Assembly (NCBI GenBank): GCA_049724395.1
Contig: JAUGWO010000034.1
Coordinates: 1-64,000 of the forward strand
DNA from: Spongospora subterranea f. sp. subterranea
Lineage: Eukaryota
Length of the DNA stretch: 64,000 bases
Direction of reading: 5' to 3'
The position numbers and the translations under genes were made by a program. Below are positions 50,654 to 62,966 of the stretch, in pieces. A model generated the notes under the pieces. It saw nothing but the letters and a program-made list of their open reading frames with translations, had not been told where the DNA came from and did not search any database. Position 1 is the first letter of the stretch, and every line of letters starts with the position of its first letter.

Positions 50654-51807
50654 TCATTTCTCTTCGTCAGGGTCGGTGAAATGAAACTTCGTGGCACCGG
50701 TCAGGCTTAAAACGTAGTCGAATATAGCGAACTGTCCGGCAGTTAGCGTTCCGATCATTACGCAACGTGGCCCCAATCCGTTCAGGCACAGCTTTTTGAA
50801 TCCTGTTTCCCGGGCTAGATTTACCAGGCGGCTCATGATGCTGCCATCCCCACCAGCGCCTTCTTTGTTGACCAGCGACAACAGCGTATCAGCAGGATGC
50901 GAAATAACAGCAGCAGCCACGCCGGCAATAACTCCGGATCCCAAACTGACGCCAAGGTTTCCTTTCTCGCTCAGAGTTTCTGGAGTTGTATTTGTGACTC
51001 CGTAGATCTGCTCAGCAGCCCAGCCCTGGACAGCAAATTTGGCCATCGTGTAGGGAATCTGTTTGAATAAGATGGGGCCGAATCCACTGTAGAAACCACG
51101 AATGATTCCGTCTTTTTGGATGATCTTTGGCATCGCTGTGATCAAACCGGAGGCAAATTTTGGATTTGAAACAAGCCGAATTCGGGTCGCCTGAGAAAAG
51201 TTTGAAAGGCAAATAAGCAAGTGGGCACAAGGCATACATACCTCAAGAGGACACAAGAAAACGTCGGCAATGAATTCGGCACCTGCAGCGGAAGCAAGAT
51301 AGATTGGAAACCTGTATTTCCAGGCGTCCTCAACTCCTAGGTAATTCGCTGTGTTAATTTTGAAAAACTCTACGCCGCCGAATTTGAACCATCTGCAAAG
51401 CATGAGCGCGTTGGAGTTTAAAAAACAATTGCCACACACCCTTGAATAAAATATCCGACAGCAGTCGGGCCGAGACCAGTCGCTAAAGCGGAAACTCCAT
51501 CGGCTTGAACAACTTGCTTGAATGCATTCACCATTCCTCTATTATAGGTAACTGGGTCCAGCTGAATCCTATGTGAACCATTTACAATGCTGTTTGGGGA
51601 GAAAAAAATGTAAAATACCGAGTCTTGATGACATCGACGGGACATAGAGCCTAAAAAATATAAACGAGTCAGCATTGAAACAAGCAGGCGAAAGGGCATT
51701 ACTCCATGAGTGATTCCACAGCAGATGCCACCAGAAAGGGCCCCTTTGACGAAGTACATGGCATTGAACGGTCCCTGAGGGGCGTGATGGCCGGCTTCTT
51801 TACCCAT
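50654..51807 (-). CDS. SLC25A3: Mitochondrial phosphate carrier (SLC25A3/MIR1/PIC2 family)
   Basis: GGICCGITH, GLGPTAVGYFIQG, FKFGGVEFFK, AEFIADVFLCPLE, LFKQIPYTMAKF, SHPADTLLS, MIGTLTAGQF. Confidence 0.95.
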
Positions 51808-52047
51808 TTTCCTGATTTTCCTTCGCCGGGGTCGAATGAGTCACACTAAGACGGAGTGAATTATTATGTTGAGATATATTTGACTTCTCCGTTGGCGGGA
51901 ACTGGATCGCGTGACCTCCTCCACTGCAGTCGGAGGTAGTCACTTGTGTATGTACAATACATACAGTTAACTGTACAGGCCGCGACGTAATATGGCGCTC
52001 GTATAGCAGCGGTACAGTCTACAGACACCCTTGTCCCTTTCGATCGA

Positions 52048-52154
52048 CTTGGGTCGTCCGCTCTTGGGTCGTCCGCTCTTGGGTCGTCCGCTCTTGGGTC
52101 GTCCGCTCTTGGGTCGTCCGCTCTTGGGTCGTCCGCTCTTGGGTCGTCCGCTCT
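52048..52154. repeat. 15-bp tandem repeat, 7 copies
   Basis: (cttgggtcgtccgct)x7. Confidence 0.97.
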
Positions 52155-53790
52155 AATGATATCTGGTCACGGCACCTTACCGATCGGGTTAATCACTAAC
52201 CTATCGCTGTCGTCATTTGAGCTGTTGGAAAAACTAAAGCGAACAGTTCGTGATTTGATCTTACAGTAGCTGATAGCATTTCTTCTAACTCAAGGGCATC
52301 CGATTTCTTACATCCCAACTTTTCAAGATCTTCACTTCTTTACAACTGTGATCATGAGAAGTGTAAGGTATTAGGATTTATAGTACCTGTCTCGTGCTGG
52401 ATTTTCAAAGCGGTCGGACAACATTTTTATGCTTCTGAAATCGTGTTACAGCAAGCGTAGCCAAGATGGGAAATTATCGAGGCAAAATTGCCATTGTTGG
52501 CGGAATGGTTCGAAGGCCCAGTCAGAGTTAACCTCTGGAAGCTAAACTTTTACACGTTCAACGAGTCCGGCAGCATTTTTGAAGGCTTAGTCTCCCCAGC
52601 CGAAATAACTATCGTTGCACCCCTCTTGTGGATGACTTCTTGTGAGCTTGCTATATATATATATATATGATGATTGTAGTAATGTAGCAAATCTAGCACA
52701 AGGAGAAATCCGCTGTGCAAATAGATCGCCTTCTGGAGGCTGTGGAGTAAGGCAACCTCACCTGAAATGAAGGGCGCAGATCCATTCTGAACTGATCGGT
52801 TCGGCGACTTGCTCTGGCTCTGGAATTTGATTCCGAAATTGGTGGTCCTCAACTGTTCTATTCTGGTTTATTCGCTTTGCCACTTGTGTTCCTGCAAATC
52901 TCTGCCAGCATCGGAAGTAACTCCCATGAAACTGCATAGGTGCGGTCGATCTCAGGAATGTTGAGTATTTATTACTCAAATAAAAAGAACTCTCTGTGGG
53001 ACATGCCACAGACATTGCAGCCTTATACTCTCACGTAGTTCACATCGAGTTAAAACTCCAGAAACGCTGTGGAGTCGTGTATGAATTGTGTAAACATTTG
53101 ATGATGATTTGTAAGAATGACCCCGTTCCCAGAACTGATTGATGGTCGAATAAGAATAATCCAGTGAAGTTACTGAAGGTTGACATAAATAACGCCCATA
53201 AAGCACGCCGATTGCAAAGTCAACAAAAGCGCATATATCAACGCATAGCTGACGGGAAATCTAGTTCAGGTCCGATTTCTTCAATAATTGCACATAGTCT
53301 TCCGTCGACGTAAACTCTCATAAAATATCTCCTATGTTGGAATAGCTAAGATAGGTCCGATTTTTTCAACATTTGCCCAGAAGTTCCAATCCAATTGCAG
53401 CAAATTATTTTTGAAACAATGAGACGGTTGGAGCTTCAAACCTTTAAAAGTTTACCAGAATGTGCTGTCAGAGAAGGGATTTGGCCTTTGGGCACAGGAT
53501 TTTACATACAACTGGCACTAATATCGTTGGTACTGTATGTCTCACGCACACATCACTCACACATCTTCGATGAAACTGCGCGACAGCTGGAGTACAACGG
53601 ATTATATGCAGTTAAATGTACGGGAGGATTCACCCCAAGCATGACATTACTGGCCGGGCCGGTGAGTTGCGCCATGTGCTAACGCCGCAAGTGAATATGA
53701 AGTCCGGAGGATGGCGAAGGAGTCTGCCCCTACCCAAAACTCCAGTCCGCATCCCGTTGTATTTCCTCTCCACACGCTCTACTCGTCACC

Positions 53791-54201
53791 ATGCTCGCCT
53801 TCTCCCGCTCCATGCGCCTAATCTCCACAAAGCAATGTGGCGTTGTCAAGTTCTTCAACGTGGTGAAAGGATTCGGGTTCATAACTCCAACTGAGGGTGG
53901 CGATGACGTGTTCGTACATCAGTCCAGTATTCACGCCGAGGGATTCCGTTCATTAGCTGAGGGAGAGCAGGTGGAGTTCGAGGTTGGAACAGGTGATGAT
54001 GGACGCATGAAGGCCACAAAAGTAACTGGACCGATGGGAGAATTTGTCAAGGGTGCCGCTCGTAACCAGGGCCAAATGAACTCCCAGGGCCAAATGAACA
54101 ACGGTTCATCATATGGCAACCGCACTGGTGGTGGCCGATTCAGCAACAACAACGGTGGATCGCGGTTCTCAAACAACTCTAATAACGAAGAGCAATGGTA
54201 A
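53791..54201 (+). CDS. Cold-shock domain protein with a Gly/Asn-rich tail and a likely mitochondrial presequence
   Basis: [40 protein letters not shown]. Confidence 0.95.
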   Translation: MLAFSRSMRLISTKQCGVVKFFNVVKGFGFITPTEGGDDVFVHQSSIHAEGFRSLAEGEQVEFEVGTGDDGRMKATKVTGPMGEFVKGAARNQGQMNSQGQMNNGSSYGNRTGGGRFSNNNGGSRFSNNSNNEEQW

Positions 54202-55847
54202 TCTCCTTATGCAGTTTTACCCATTCAGACAATAAAATGGCCAGATTAGATTAGGATTTTTAAAAAAATGTATTCTAAAATCATTGCCAGTAGATCGGGT
54301 CGCTAACGAACCGTGCAAACGCAAACATAACTGCATGCGAACAACAGCAATCTCTTGGAAGTCCTTACCAAAAATTTAGTCCCTTGAGAGTTGGCAGAGG
54401 CGAGACTCTACCGCCGTTAGTGATGACGCCCATATAGCCTTCGATTCTCCCGGTGCCAGTTTTACCTGCCAGTTCGTCAACTATTGAACCCAGTTCTTCG
54501 TGTGCCAATAGTCGCTGAATTATAGACCTAACGGAACCAAGCTTCAATCGTCGTAGAACTCCGACAAGATTCCAGACCTGGAAACAGGTGATCTTGCTGT
54601 TGACGCCAGCCCGATATTTCCTGAATTGGTGATGAAACTTCAGCAGAAGTCGCGTCGACCAGACTGGAAGGAGGCCAAACCTGACCGATCCATGACTGTG
54701 CACCAGTCACATTGGTACCATGTTTCGCCATCTGCTCCTGGTCGGGGCCGATGGTTATTCATCATGGTCAAAAGATGATCAGCCGATGTGTATACCGGTT
54801 TCGACGCCGCCCTCTATGCCAACCGCAAAATCAATTTGGTCAGCTAGAAGTGCGAGCACAGCGGCCGCCCTGTTTTTTGAGCCCAACTGGGATTCAATCA
54901 TGGACATCGGCTGACTGCTAACGCCGCTTTCGACATCGGCCTCTATCAGCTGCAAATCGACACCTGGCCATATTTGTTCCAGCGCCTAATACCATTGAAA
55001 GTAAGGAATCAATTGTGTTTTTGACAAAAACGAAGAAGCCGACAAGGCCGACGGCAGCGATCTTCGCCGCATTTGTCGACCCGATGCCGACACGAATCAA
55101 ACGGCACATAATGATCGATGATTAACTTTGGCTTGTAAGCGGCAACCCCGTGGCAATTGGCCAAATCTGAGTCAGTTGACCGAAAAGACGTATCGCCCAA
55201 TGGGGCTGGCGCTCTCACAGTTATGATGCGATCAAAAGTAGGGGTTCGGGATTGACGTGGTCTAAATTTTTGATGTACGGCCGGCATTTTGCTAATGGCA
55301 CAATGGAGTTATTCCATCCGTGAGGAGGCAATTATTCTTTGAGAACTTAGTACGGAATTCCACCTGTCTGGTTTCTGAGCAGCAACAATGAAGCGACGGC
55401 TGTATACAAGTGTGAATATTTATAACCCATTCCTTGTTGTATTTCATGCGAACTTGGCCAGTTAGATTGTTAAATACGAACATCACTTGGGTCATTGAAG
55501 TTTTCATCGTTTGTACTAGTCACAAAAGATCATTGCAATGCATTAGTATTCGATTCAGTCAGAATCAAGGTCGATCGAGATCATTTTCAACTCCTGAGTT
55601 TGCCTCATAAATCGTAATAATGGGATATGTCTCAGTAAAAGACGGGAGATAACACCTAGAATGAGCATCTGTAAACTGTATCGAAAGGAATCTGGCAACA
55701 TCTCCAGTTTCAAAAATACATTGAAATACGTTGACTCATGGAGTGTTTCTCATTAATTGACTCATCGACAAATATCACACATCATTGCAGGCCTTCCGGG
55801 TTGACGGTCGATTGACATATTATTTTGGTGAATAATCACCTATATCA

Positions 55848-56351
55848 ATGTGTGGTTCGAAACGGAGCTTAATCTGCTGTTTGGTTTTCAGCGCCATCGT
55901 CGTTGGCGTCGTCGTTTACACGGCATTGAAGTATGAACCACAGACAAATCCATCAACGAAACCGGAATATTATGTCGATGAGGGAAGTTGGGGCGGTTAC
56001 AGCGTTGCAAACGGAAGGCTGTTCGCCGATCGCGCGAGCACCGAACAAATACAAGGGACGGTTCTGATCATGATGGAATCCAATAGAACATATCTAAGGT
56101 TCGAGAAGATCAAGAAGGAAGGCGAAAATCGGGCGGCCATATTTATATTGACGGGGGCGCCGTTCCCAACCTCGCTGGCTCACGACAACGTATTTCCAGT
56201 TGAATTGGATGGGACGCCAAATGGGCTGTTTATGAAATCGGGATCGTTCAATCAACATTTACCAAATGACTTTGATTTCCATTCATATCACGGTGCAATT
56301 CTTTGGGATGTCGCCAATAAGACGCTAATCGCCAACGTCTCCTTTGAGTAA
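55848..56351 (+). CDS. Membrane-anchored DM13-like domain protein
   Basis: N-terminal hydrophobic anchor; GTV...YLRF...SGSFNQHLPNDFDFHSYHGAILW fits the DM13 pattern. Confidence 0.65.
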   Translation: MCGSKRSLICCLVFSAIVVGVVVYTALKYEPQTNPSTKPEYYVDEGSWGGYSVANGRLFADRASTEQIQGTVLIMMESNRTYLRFEKIKKEGENRAAIFILTGAPFPTSLAHDNVFPVELDGTPNGLFMKSGSFNQHLPNDFDFHSYHGAILWDVANKTLIANVSFE

Positions 56352-56867
56352 ACCCGTTTTTATTGCTTTGTTATTTAAGCACTCATCTGAAAAGCTGATG
56401 GTTTTTTATAAATACGGTTATCCTAAATGCCAATGAAATCTCTCGTTTGTGCTTCTTAAGTAAGTAGCCTTATCAGTATTGATTCAGAAAGAGCCAGGCG
56501 ATGAACCAATAAATTAACATTGCGTGAAGCGAGAGGGCGGCTTCTTGCCCCTTATATGTGAGGACGTTGCCTTCGGTCCCTGATTCAAGCTCGCCAATGG
56601 TGATCCAAACTGAAGATCGCCCTATAGACTGTACAAACGTTTGGCGATAACAGTGCGATAACAGACTCGAAGTGGAAAGAGAGAACGTCCTCAACATAAA
56701 ATCATTGGTGTTCAATCATTTTTCATTCCTTGCGTAAACGATCAACAGCGAAAAGCATTGGTTCTGAATCAACTTCAAATTGTGAAAAAAGTCCATTCAC
56801 CAGATTCAATCAAGTTTCAGTTTTAGAGAATTTCGATATTGAGCAGATAAATTCTACAAGTGGCAGA

Positions 56868-57914
56868 ATGCACCGAATTTGGTCTAAGATTCGGCAGCGT
56901 TCAAGAGCAATGCGGCCAGCTGGTGTCCTCACATTTTTGGCGTTTGCAATGCAGCTGGCCATGAACTACTGTGCAGCAATCCCTGTGAGAACGGCACTAA
57001 CGCCGCATTCCGTTCAAGAAATCAGCGAGTTGCATGCGACTCGCCTGACCCCTGCACCGATTGGGTTTCAAGTTGCCTGGTCCCTGATCTATTCGCTTCA
57101 GACGATCTTTGTTTGCCGCTCCTTATTCAAAACTACACCTAGAGGTCTTTTTTGGATTTTTTTATATTTTCTCAATTCTGATTGATAATGCAGAAATGGA
57201 CATTATATTTCCGATCTCGTGTGCCTTGAACTCGTTGTGGCTTGTGGTGTGGTGCAACAATCAGGTGGAGTTGGCATCAGGAGTGCTGTTCAGTCTATGG
57301 TTGACGCTAGCATTCCTCTGGGTACGGTTCAACGTGGTTCGTCCAGTTAAACCGTCTGTCCTCGTCGGTTTCGAATTGATTTCATGCCAGAATCGGCTAT
57401 TGACGTCTTTGTTCAGGATATCACGACCTTATCGATTCCTACCTCTGTATACGCTGGTTGGTTGACTACCGCTACATTTGTCAATCTGCTTTCCGCCGTT
57501 GGAAAGACGGACTCAATTTTAACCATGTGCTCACTGGCGTTGATGACAATGTTAGGCTGGGTTGCACTGTCGATCGCACTAGATGCTTTTTTTTGCCTTA
57601 GCTTAATCTGGGCGTTTTTTACGATCGCTTTGAATGCCCAATCCACAGGAGATGTTGACGTCCAACAGGCGTGCATAATGGCCATCGTGTCGACGGTCAC
57701 TGCCGTCGTCGTTGCAGCCGGGACATACTCTCTAAGCGGAATCCGACGCCGGTCATCCAGTGAAATCCCAGCTTCTTTGACAGATATCATGAAGTCGCCT
57801 GAATTCGCGATTACCGGGTCATCTGAATACATCGTCGCTGGACGTACCAGATACATTGAGGGATCGGAGGAATTTCTCATTCCAAGTGCCCCAGATCCGT
57901 TTGTCGGGCAATAA
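56868..57914 (+). CDS. TspO/MBR-related tryptophan-rich membrane protein
   Basis: LTPAPIGFQVAWSLIY, ISCALNSLWLVVW, SVYAGWLTTATFVN, LSLIWAFFTI; three ORFs joined by two short introns. Confidence 0.75.
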
Positions 57915-58131
57915 TTTGGTTTTCATTTTTTGCAAATACACTGCAGTAGCTATAATCGATTATTTCAGATTACTTATTCACCGAAATCTACCTTGAACTC
58001 GTATAGTATCGACAATAAATTTGTGGGTAGAAGCCATTTATGAAGAAGCGGGGAGAGCAGGCGCGTGCTCAGACCCAACTTGGGTGATCTTTGGTTTGAT
58101 ATCTATAGAGTGACGACGGCGGTCTTCTCCG

Positions 58132-60454
58132 ATGCTTAAGCAAGGGGAGCTGTCGCAAACGCCATCACGGTGCGACATTATCATTGACAAAAGCAAGGAG
58201 ACGGCCCTTGAAGTCGTTTCAAGTGAAAAGTCGTACATTCATTCATTGAAAACGACCATTCGGGCGTTCCAAACGCGCCTGGTGACGCTGAACGAAATTT
58301 CAAAACGTCGATCTATTCTTACAAATGAGGAAATCGAATCTATTTTCTTGAATATCACCAATGTCTACGCAATTCAGAAAGCCTTTTACGAAGATATCAA
58401 GGCGATGAGACTACACGGCTCGGATTACCTTGTAGCCAATATCCATACACCATTGCTACGATTAGCACCATTGTTAAGTGCTTACAGCGAATATGCTAGG
58501 AGGCAGTTTGAAGCAAACACCATTTTGCAACGACTGAGGCACAAGAACACCAATTTACAAGATTTGTTAACTCTGACGGAGACTGCTGAGGGCACTACAC
58601 TCGAGATGTTATTAATTCAACCAGTCCAACGTGTAAGATATGTTGCGTATTTAGGGGTTTCAAGAAACCAATTTTGTTTCCAGGTTCCAAGATACATTCT
58701 ACTGATCAGGGAGATGTTGAGGCATGTCCGGAAGGAAGAAACAAGGGGGCACTTGCAGGAAGCTTTACTCGCAATGGAGCATGCAGCAAGCGATATGAAC
58801 TTGACCATAAAACATCACGAGATTCACGCAGAGCTGGTTCGCCTTGAAGAAATGTTTCAAATGCGAATTGGACTGGTTAAACCTGGCCGATTTCTAGTAA
58901 AGCAGGGAACGTTGCGCAAGTCGTTCGGCGCTCTTGATGGTAAATCAATGTTCAGTGGAACACTCGACCGCCGCTCTCTGGTATTGTTATTCAACGATAT
59001 GCTCTTATGCGCATCTGATAGTCAAATTGGCCAATCCCGCATGCGCTTCGCCATTCCTTTACATTTGCTGAAAGTAGTTGATCAAGGCCCGCCCAATTTC
59101 AGGATTGTATCTCCTGCAAGGGATATGATGTTTGCCGCAGAGTCTGATAACCGAAGCTCAAGACTGGATGCACAGAATCAATCTTCATATCACATCGTTC
59201 ATCGATAATCCAGACCTGGAGAAGCGTTCCACCGAGGCAGAGCTAGAGTTCACCTTGAAAAGAAATCCTGCTAAGATGAGCGATATCGTTATCATGAATC
59301 AGTACATGGAACACGTCGTTAGCAATGAGGATAGTCTGAACGCAGCGTCGTCGGCAGGAATTGCGTCTGGAGCTTTCCAACCATTACAGACAGCAGGAAT
59401 CAGACGGCAACCATCGTCGGCATCATCTGGTGTCACGTCGCTGTCTCCTCGGTCAATAGACTCCACAGAATCGTCTCCACGAGACGCTCCTCCACTATCG
59501 CTATCGTTAGCGAAAATTCCTGAGACGTCTCAGTCGCCACTGCCTCAACATTCCATGGAATTGCCCTCCATGGCGCCTACGGGTTCGTCAGGTTTTAGTG
59601 GGACTCAGCAGTCAGGCGTTCAGGAGACAACAATGCAAGGATACCTTTCAAAGCGAGGAGACGGCATAAAGACATGGAAGAAGCGATTTTTCGTGGCGGA
59701 TTTCGCAGTTCAAACTGTTGCGCTACTTCAAAGACGAAGAGGTTAGAGAGTTTCGTGACACACCCACACTGTGTCGTTTGTTCATCCTCCTCTGTTACAG
59801 AGTTCCAAGAAGGCGACGGAGGCTCTGGGGTTCGTCGATCTAGACGGATGTGTGGTCCTTCCCGATGATGATAACCGCTGGGGCCCGCATGCGTTCGAAG
59901 TTTACCCACAGACATCCGACCGATGCTATATGCTGATCGCCGAAGATAGCGAATCTTGTATTTCTTGGATGGCATTCCTCAAACAATTCGGGAACAAAGA
60001 CCGTTTTGCTGAAGGGTATTTGTTGAAAAAAGGGGCGGTGTTAACGGGATGGAAAATGCGATATTTTGTCTGTTTGCAAAGTGTCAAAGAATTATTGTAT
60101 TTCAAGTCGCAATCGGATAGTGCCGGGCCGACGATGTTTTCCAAGGCACTGGGAACGATTCACCTTAAAGGGTGTACTATTCGAGAGAGCAGCGCTGAAA
60201 GTAAGGCATTGCATAACAAGGGAAACAGCGTATTTGAAATCCATTCAAGCGCGAACGCCGATGAGAAGGTGAAAGAATGGATGTCATCTTCAGTGCAAAG
60301 CAAGCCAAGCAAAACCTATGTGATGGCGGCGACCGATAACCAAACCATGGCCAGATGGATTCTGCTACTCACTATTGCTATCGGATCATCTCCGCAGGAG
60401 AATGAACAAAGATTGCCCCTGCATACAATCGCCGATCTCGATGATGATGTGTGA
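58132..60454 (+). CDS. RhoGEF (DH) protein with three PH domains; frameshift near 59145
   Basis: EVVSSEKSYI...IFLNI...LIQPVQR|VPRYILL; PH1 LVKQGTL...LFNDMLL; PH2 QGYLSKRG...WKKRFF; PH3 EGYLLKKG...WKMRYF. Confidence 0.9.
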
Positions 60455-60896
60455 GATAATAGTCTTCACCAAAAATAGTAAATCTATACCTTCTAGAAAC
60501 GGGTACTATAAACCATATGATTGTGATAACATGAAAATCAACAAATGCACCGAGTCGCCTGATAATCGCGTCACTCACAGCATCAGACACTACAACCAGA
60601 ATCTACAGCCACAACATCGTCTCAATTGAAACCTTCGGCAAAACGGTGTTACCCAATGGGCCTTGGTCTGGCTGGACGCTTGATAGATCACAGCGGTCCA
60701 ACTGATTCAAAGCGGTCTTACCACTGATCTAGGTAGTCACACCAATGAGTGATGCACAATAATTGGACGACATCGAACTACTCTCATTTATAGAGTAACA
60801 ACAATGTACGTTTCATCCCAGTTGTTGATGTCGTGTGGAAACGTAGATGCGGGAAAAACGGGTTTATAAAACGATATTGAATTGATACAAAAAGTT

Positions 60897-61546
60897 TCAG
60901 AAGCCGCCACGACCCCTGCCGCGGAAACCGCCCCTGGAGCCACCACGACCACCACCTCCGCGGCTGGAGAATCCGCCACGACCTCCGCGAGGAGGGCCAC
61001 CGCGACCGCGAGAAGGACCACCACGACCACGAGGCGCGCCTCGGCCTCTACCACCACCACCGCGGCCGCGACCAGCACCAGCGCCTTTCGCTTTGGGCTT
61101 GTCCTCGTTGAGAAACCGAGCCATAGGAAGAAGTTTCTCGGGAGCAATGTACATGATATCATTCGGCTTGAAAGAAGACGCCTTCATACCATCTGATGTC
61201 TTGACTGTGAAATATACCTGCAGAAAATAACGGTTACTGAATTAAGTTCCATAGAAAGCGCTACAGCGAATAGAACCTTGTTGATCGGACCGAGAACTTC
61301 CTCGATTTTACCAATTTGCTGCTTATTCTTCAAATAGATAGGCGCATTGAAGTAAGGAATCATGCTGTTGGTTGATTCACAGACGACTTCGCCTTCGCAG
61401 TCATGCGCGACAATACCCATTTCTACGACGCGCTCAGGAGGACCAGCATCGACACGGTTAAAACCGCCTCGACCACCACCACGTGGGGCACCACGACCCC
61501 CGCGGAAACCGCCACCACGACCTCCAGCTCCACCGCGGAAACTCAT
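60897..61546 (-). CDS. GAR1: H/ACA snoRNP subunit Gar1
   Basis: RGG-rich termini; [10 protein letters not shown]...[32 protein letters not shown]; one intron. Confidence 0.97.
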
Positions 61547-61805
61547 GGTTTTGGCCTGCTCACTTTGACCGGATTACCGGGCAGGTCGTAACTTCCCCAT
61601 CAGGCCGCGGAGTCCGTGACGGAGTTCTACGATTTCCCTACAAAATTCGCTTGGCTGATTCAGCCAGCGGGTACCGAGTGCATTCAGACCGCTTGACGCC
61701 TTGAATAAAAGCTTCATTTCCCATTGTTTAGATTGGATTCGCGTAATAATCTCAAGCTGTATAAAATGGCTACTTACAACATTTTTCAATGAGTATTTTC
61801 CCCTC

Positions 61806-62966
61806 TTATCGCATGATTTTCATTTTATGGCCGCGTCGCCTCATTGAAATCCGCTCTTGCCTTTCCTCAAACTTACGCAAGGCTTCGCCACTAAGGCTCG
61901 CCCGTTCCTGCTCGAGCGCCTCTAATTTCTTCTTTTGAAGTTGTTCTTGGCGTTCAGCATGGGTCAACTTCAATTGAACTTGAGCGATTTTGCTTCTAGC
62001 CGCAACGCAACGTGCGCGAACTTGCGACGACAACTTCAAAACGGCAATTTGATCGGCGAGGAAGACTGACATCTCGACCAATCGCTGAATACGTCGCATA
62101 TTCTCCATTTTCCGGGGCAGGTTAAATTCGAGTCGCATGGTCGCTGGGGATAAGCATGGCGTAAAGGCAGCTTGGTCCGTGATCAGCATCGAGACAAATA
62201 AGTCTTGTGCCTCCGATATTACTATAACGAACACTAAGTTAAATCGTTATTACCGTAGAGAAGGATTATAAACCTTTTACAACACGATTATCCAAAATAG
62301 AAATGACTTCGGATGTTTCCGCCAGGACTGAGATCCCTTTGCCATTTAACGCGAGAAATGCTGTCGGTTTCGTTGTGAAGGATGAAACGTCTTTCAATTC
62401 TTTCCGCCATTTTCGCTCGTCGCGCCGTTTGCAGACCATTAATACAAACGGTTCCATTGACTCGGTTTCGAACGGAATTTCAATCGTACAGCGATCGTAG
62501 TCGCGAACAATACCGAATAAATCCAGGAAAATACTGACAAGATCTTGACGTTTTTTCAATTGCAGGGTAGCAAGCAGACCCCCGCAAGCACGTCTTCCGG
62601 AAGAATATAAACGATATGCGGACTCAGAATCCTTAATCAGAACCCGATTTTGGGCAGCACCTTTATCATCAACAACATATAAGACCAAGAAAGACCCATG
62701 TTCATCAACACACCTTGATATGCGCCCACCTTAGCGAACTGAACTTGAAGGATCGGTTTAATGTTATTGAACCATTCGGTAGCAATCCGTCGATTGATGC
62801 GTGATCCACGATAATAAACGACGATTAAAACAGCAATCAAGACACACGCCATGGTTTCCGGCCAGCGGAATTGCGTCTCCATTAAGCGAGACCGTAGCTG
62901 CTCACCAACGGAAGACGCCATAGAGGTCGATAATATCATAGGCAACAAGAAAGCCCAGAAACCCAT
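61806..62966 (-). CDS. CCDC47: CCDC47 / DUF1682 family ER membrane protein (PAT complex subunit)
   Basis: TM followed by YRGSRINRRIATEWF...QFAKVG, YSSGR, LQLKKRQDL, ITDQ and a basic coiled-coil C-terminus. Confidence 0.9.

Noticed and set aside
52200..55510. Short minus-strand ORFs flanking the cold-shock gene
   Set aside because: May be spliced genes or decayed elements, but no family or consistent exon chain could be supported
12098..59170. Programmed +1 frameshifting as a shared mechanism for the two split genes
   Set aside because: No common slippery-site/stop motif; assembly indels are the simpler explanation
60788..61704. Ala/Val-, Thr- and Pro-rich ORFs overlapping GAR1
   Set aside because: Alternative-frame and antisense readings of the RGG-coding sequence
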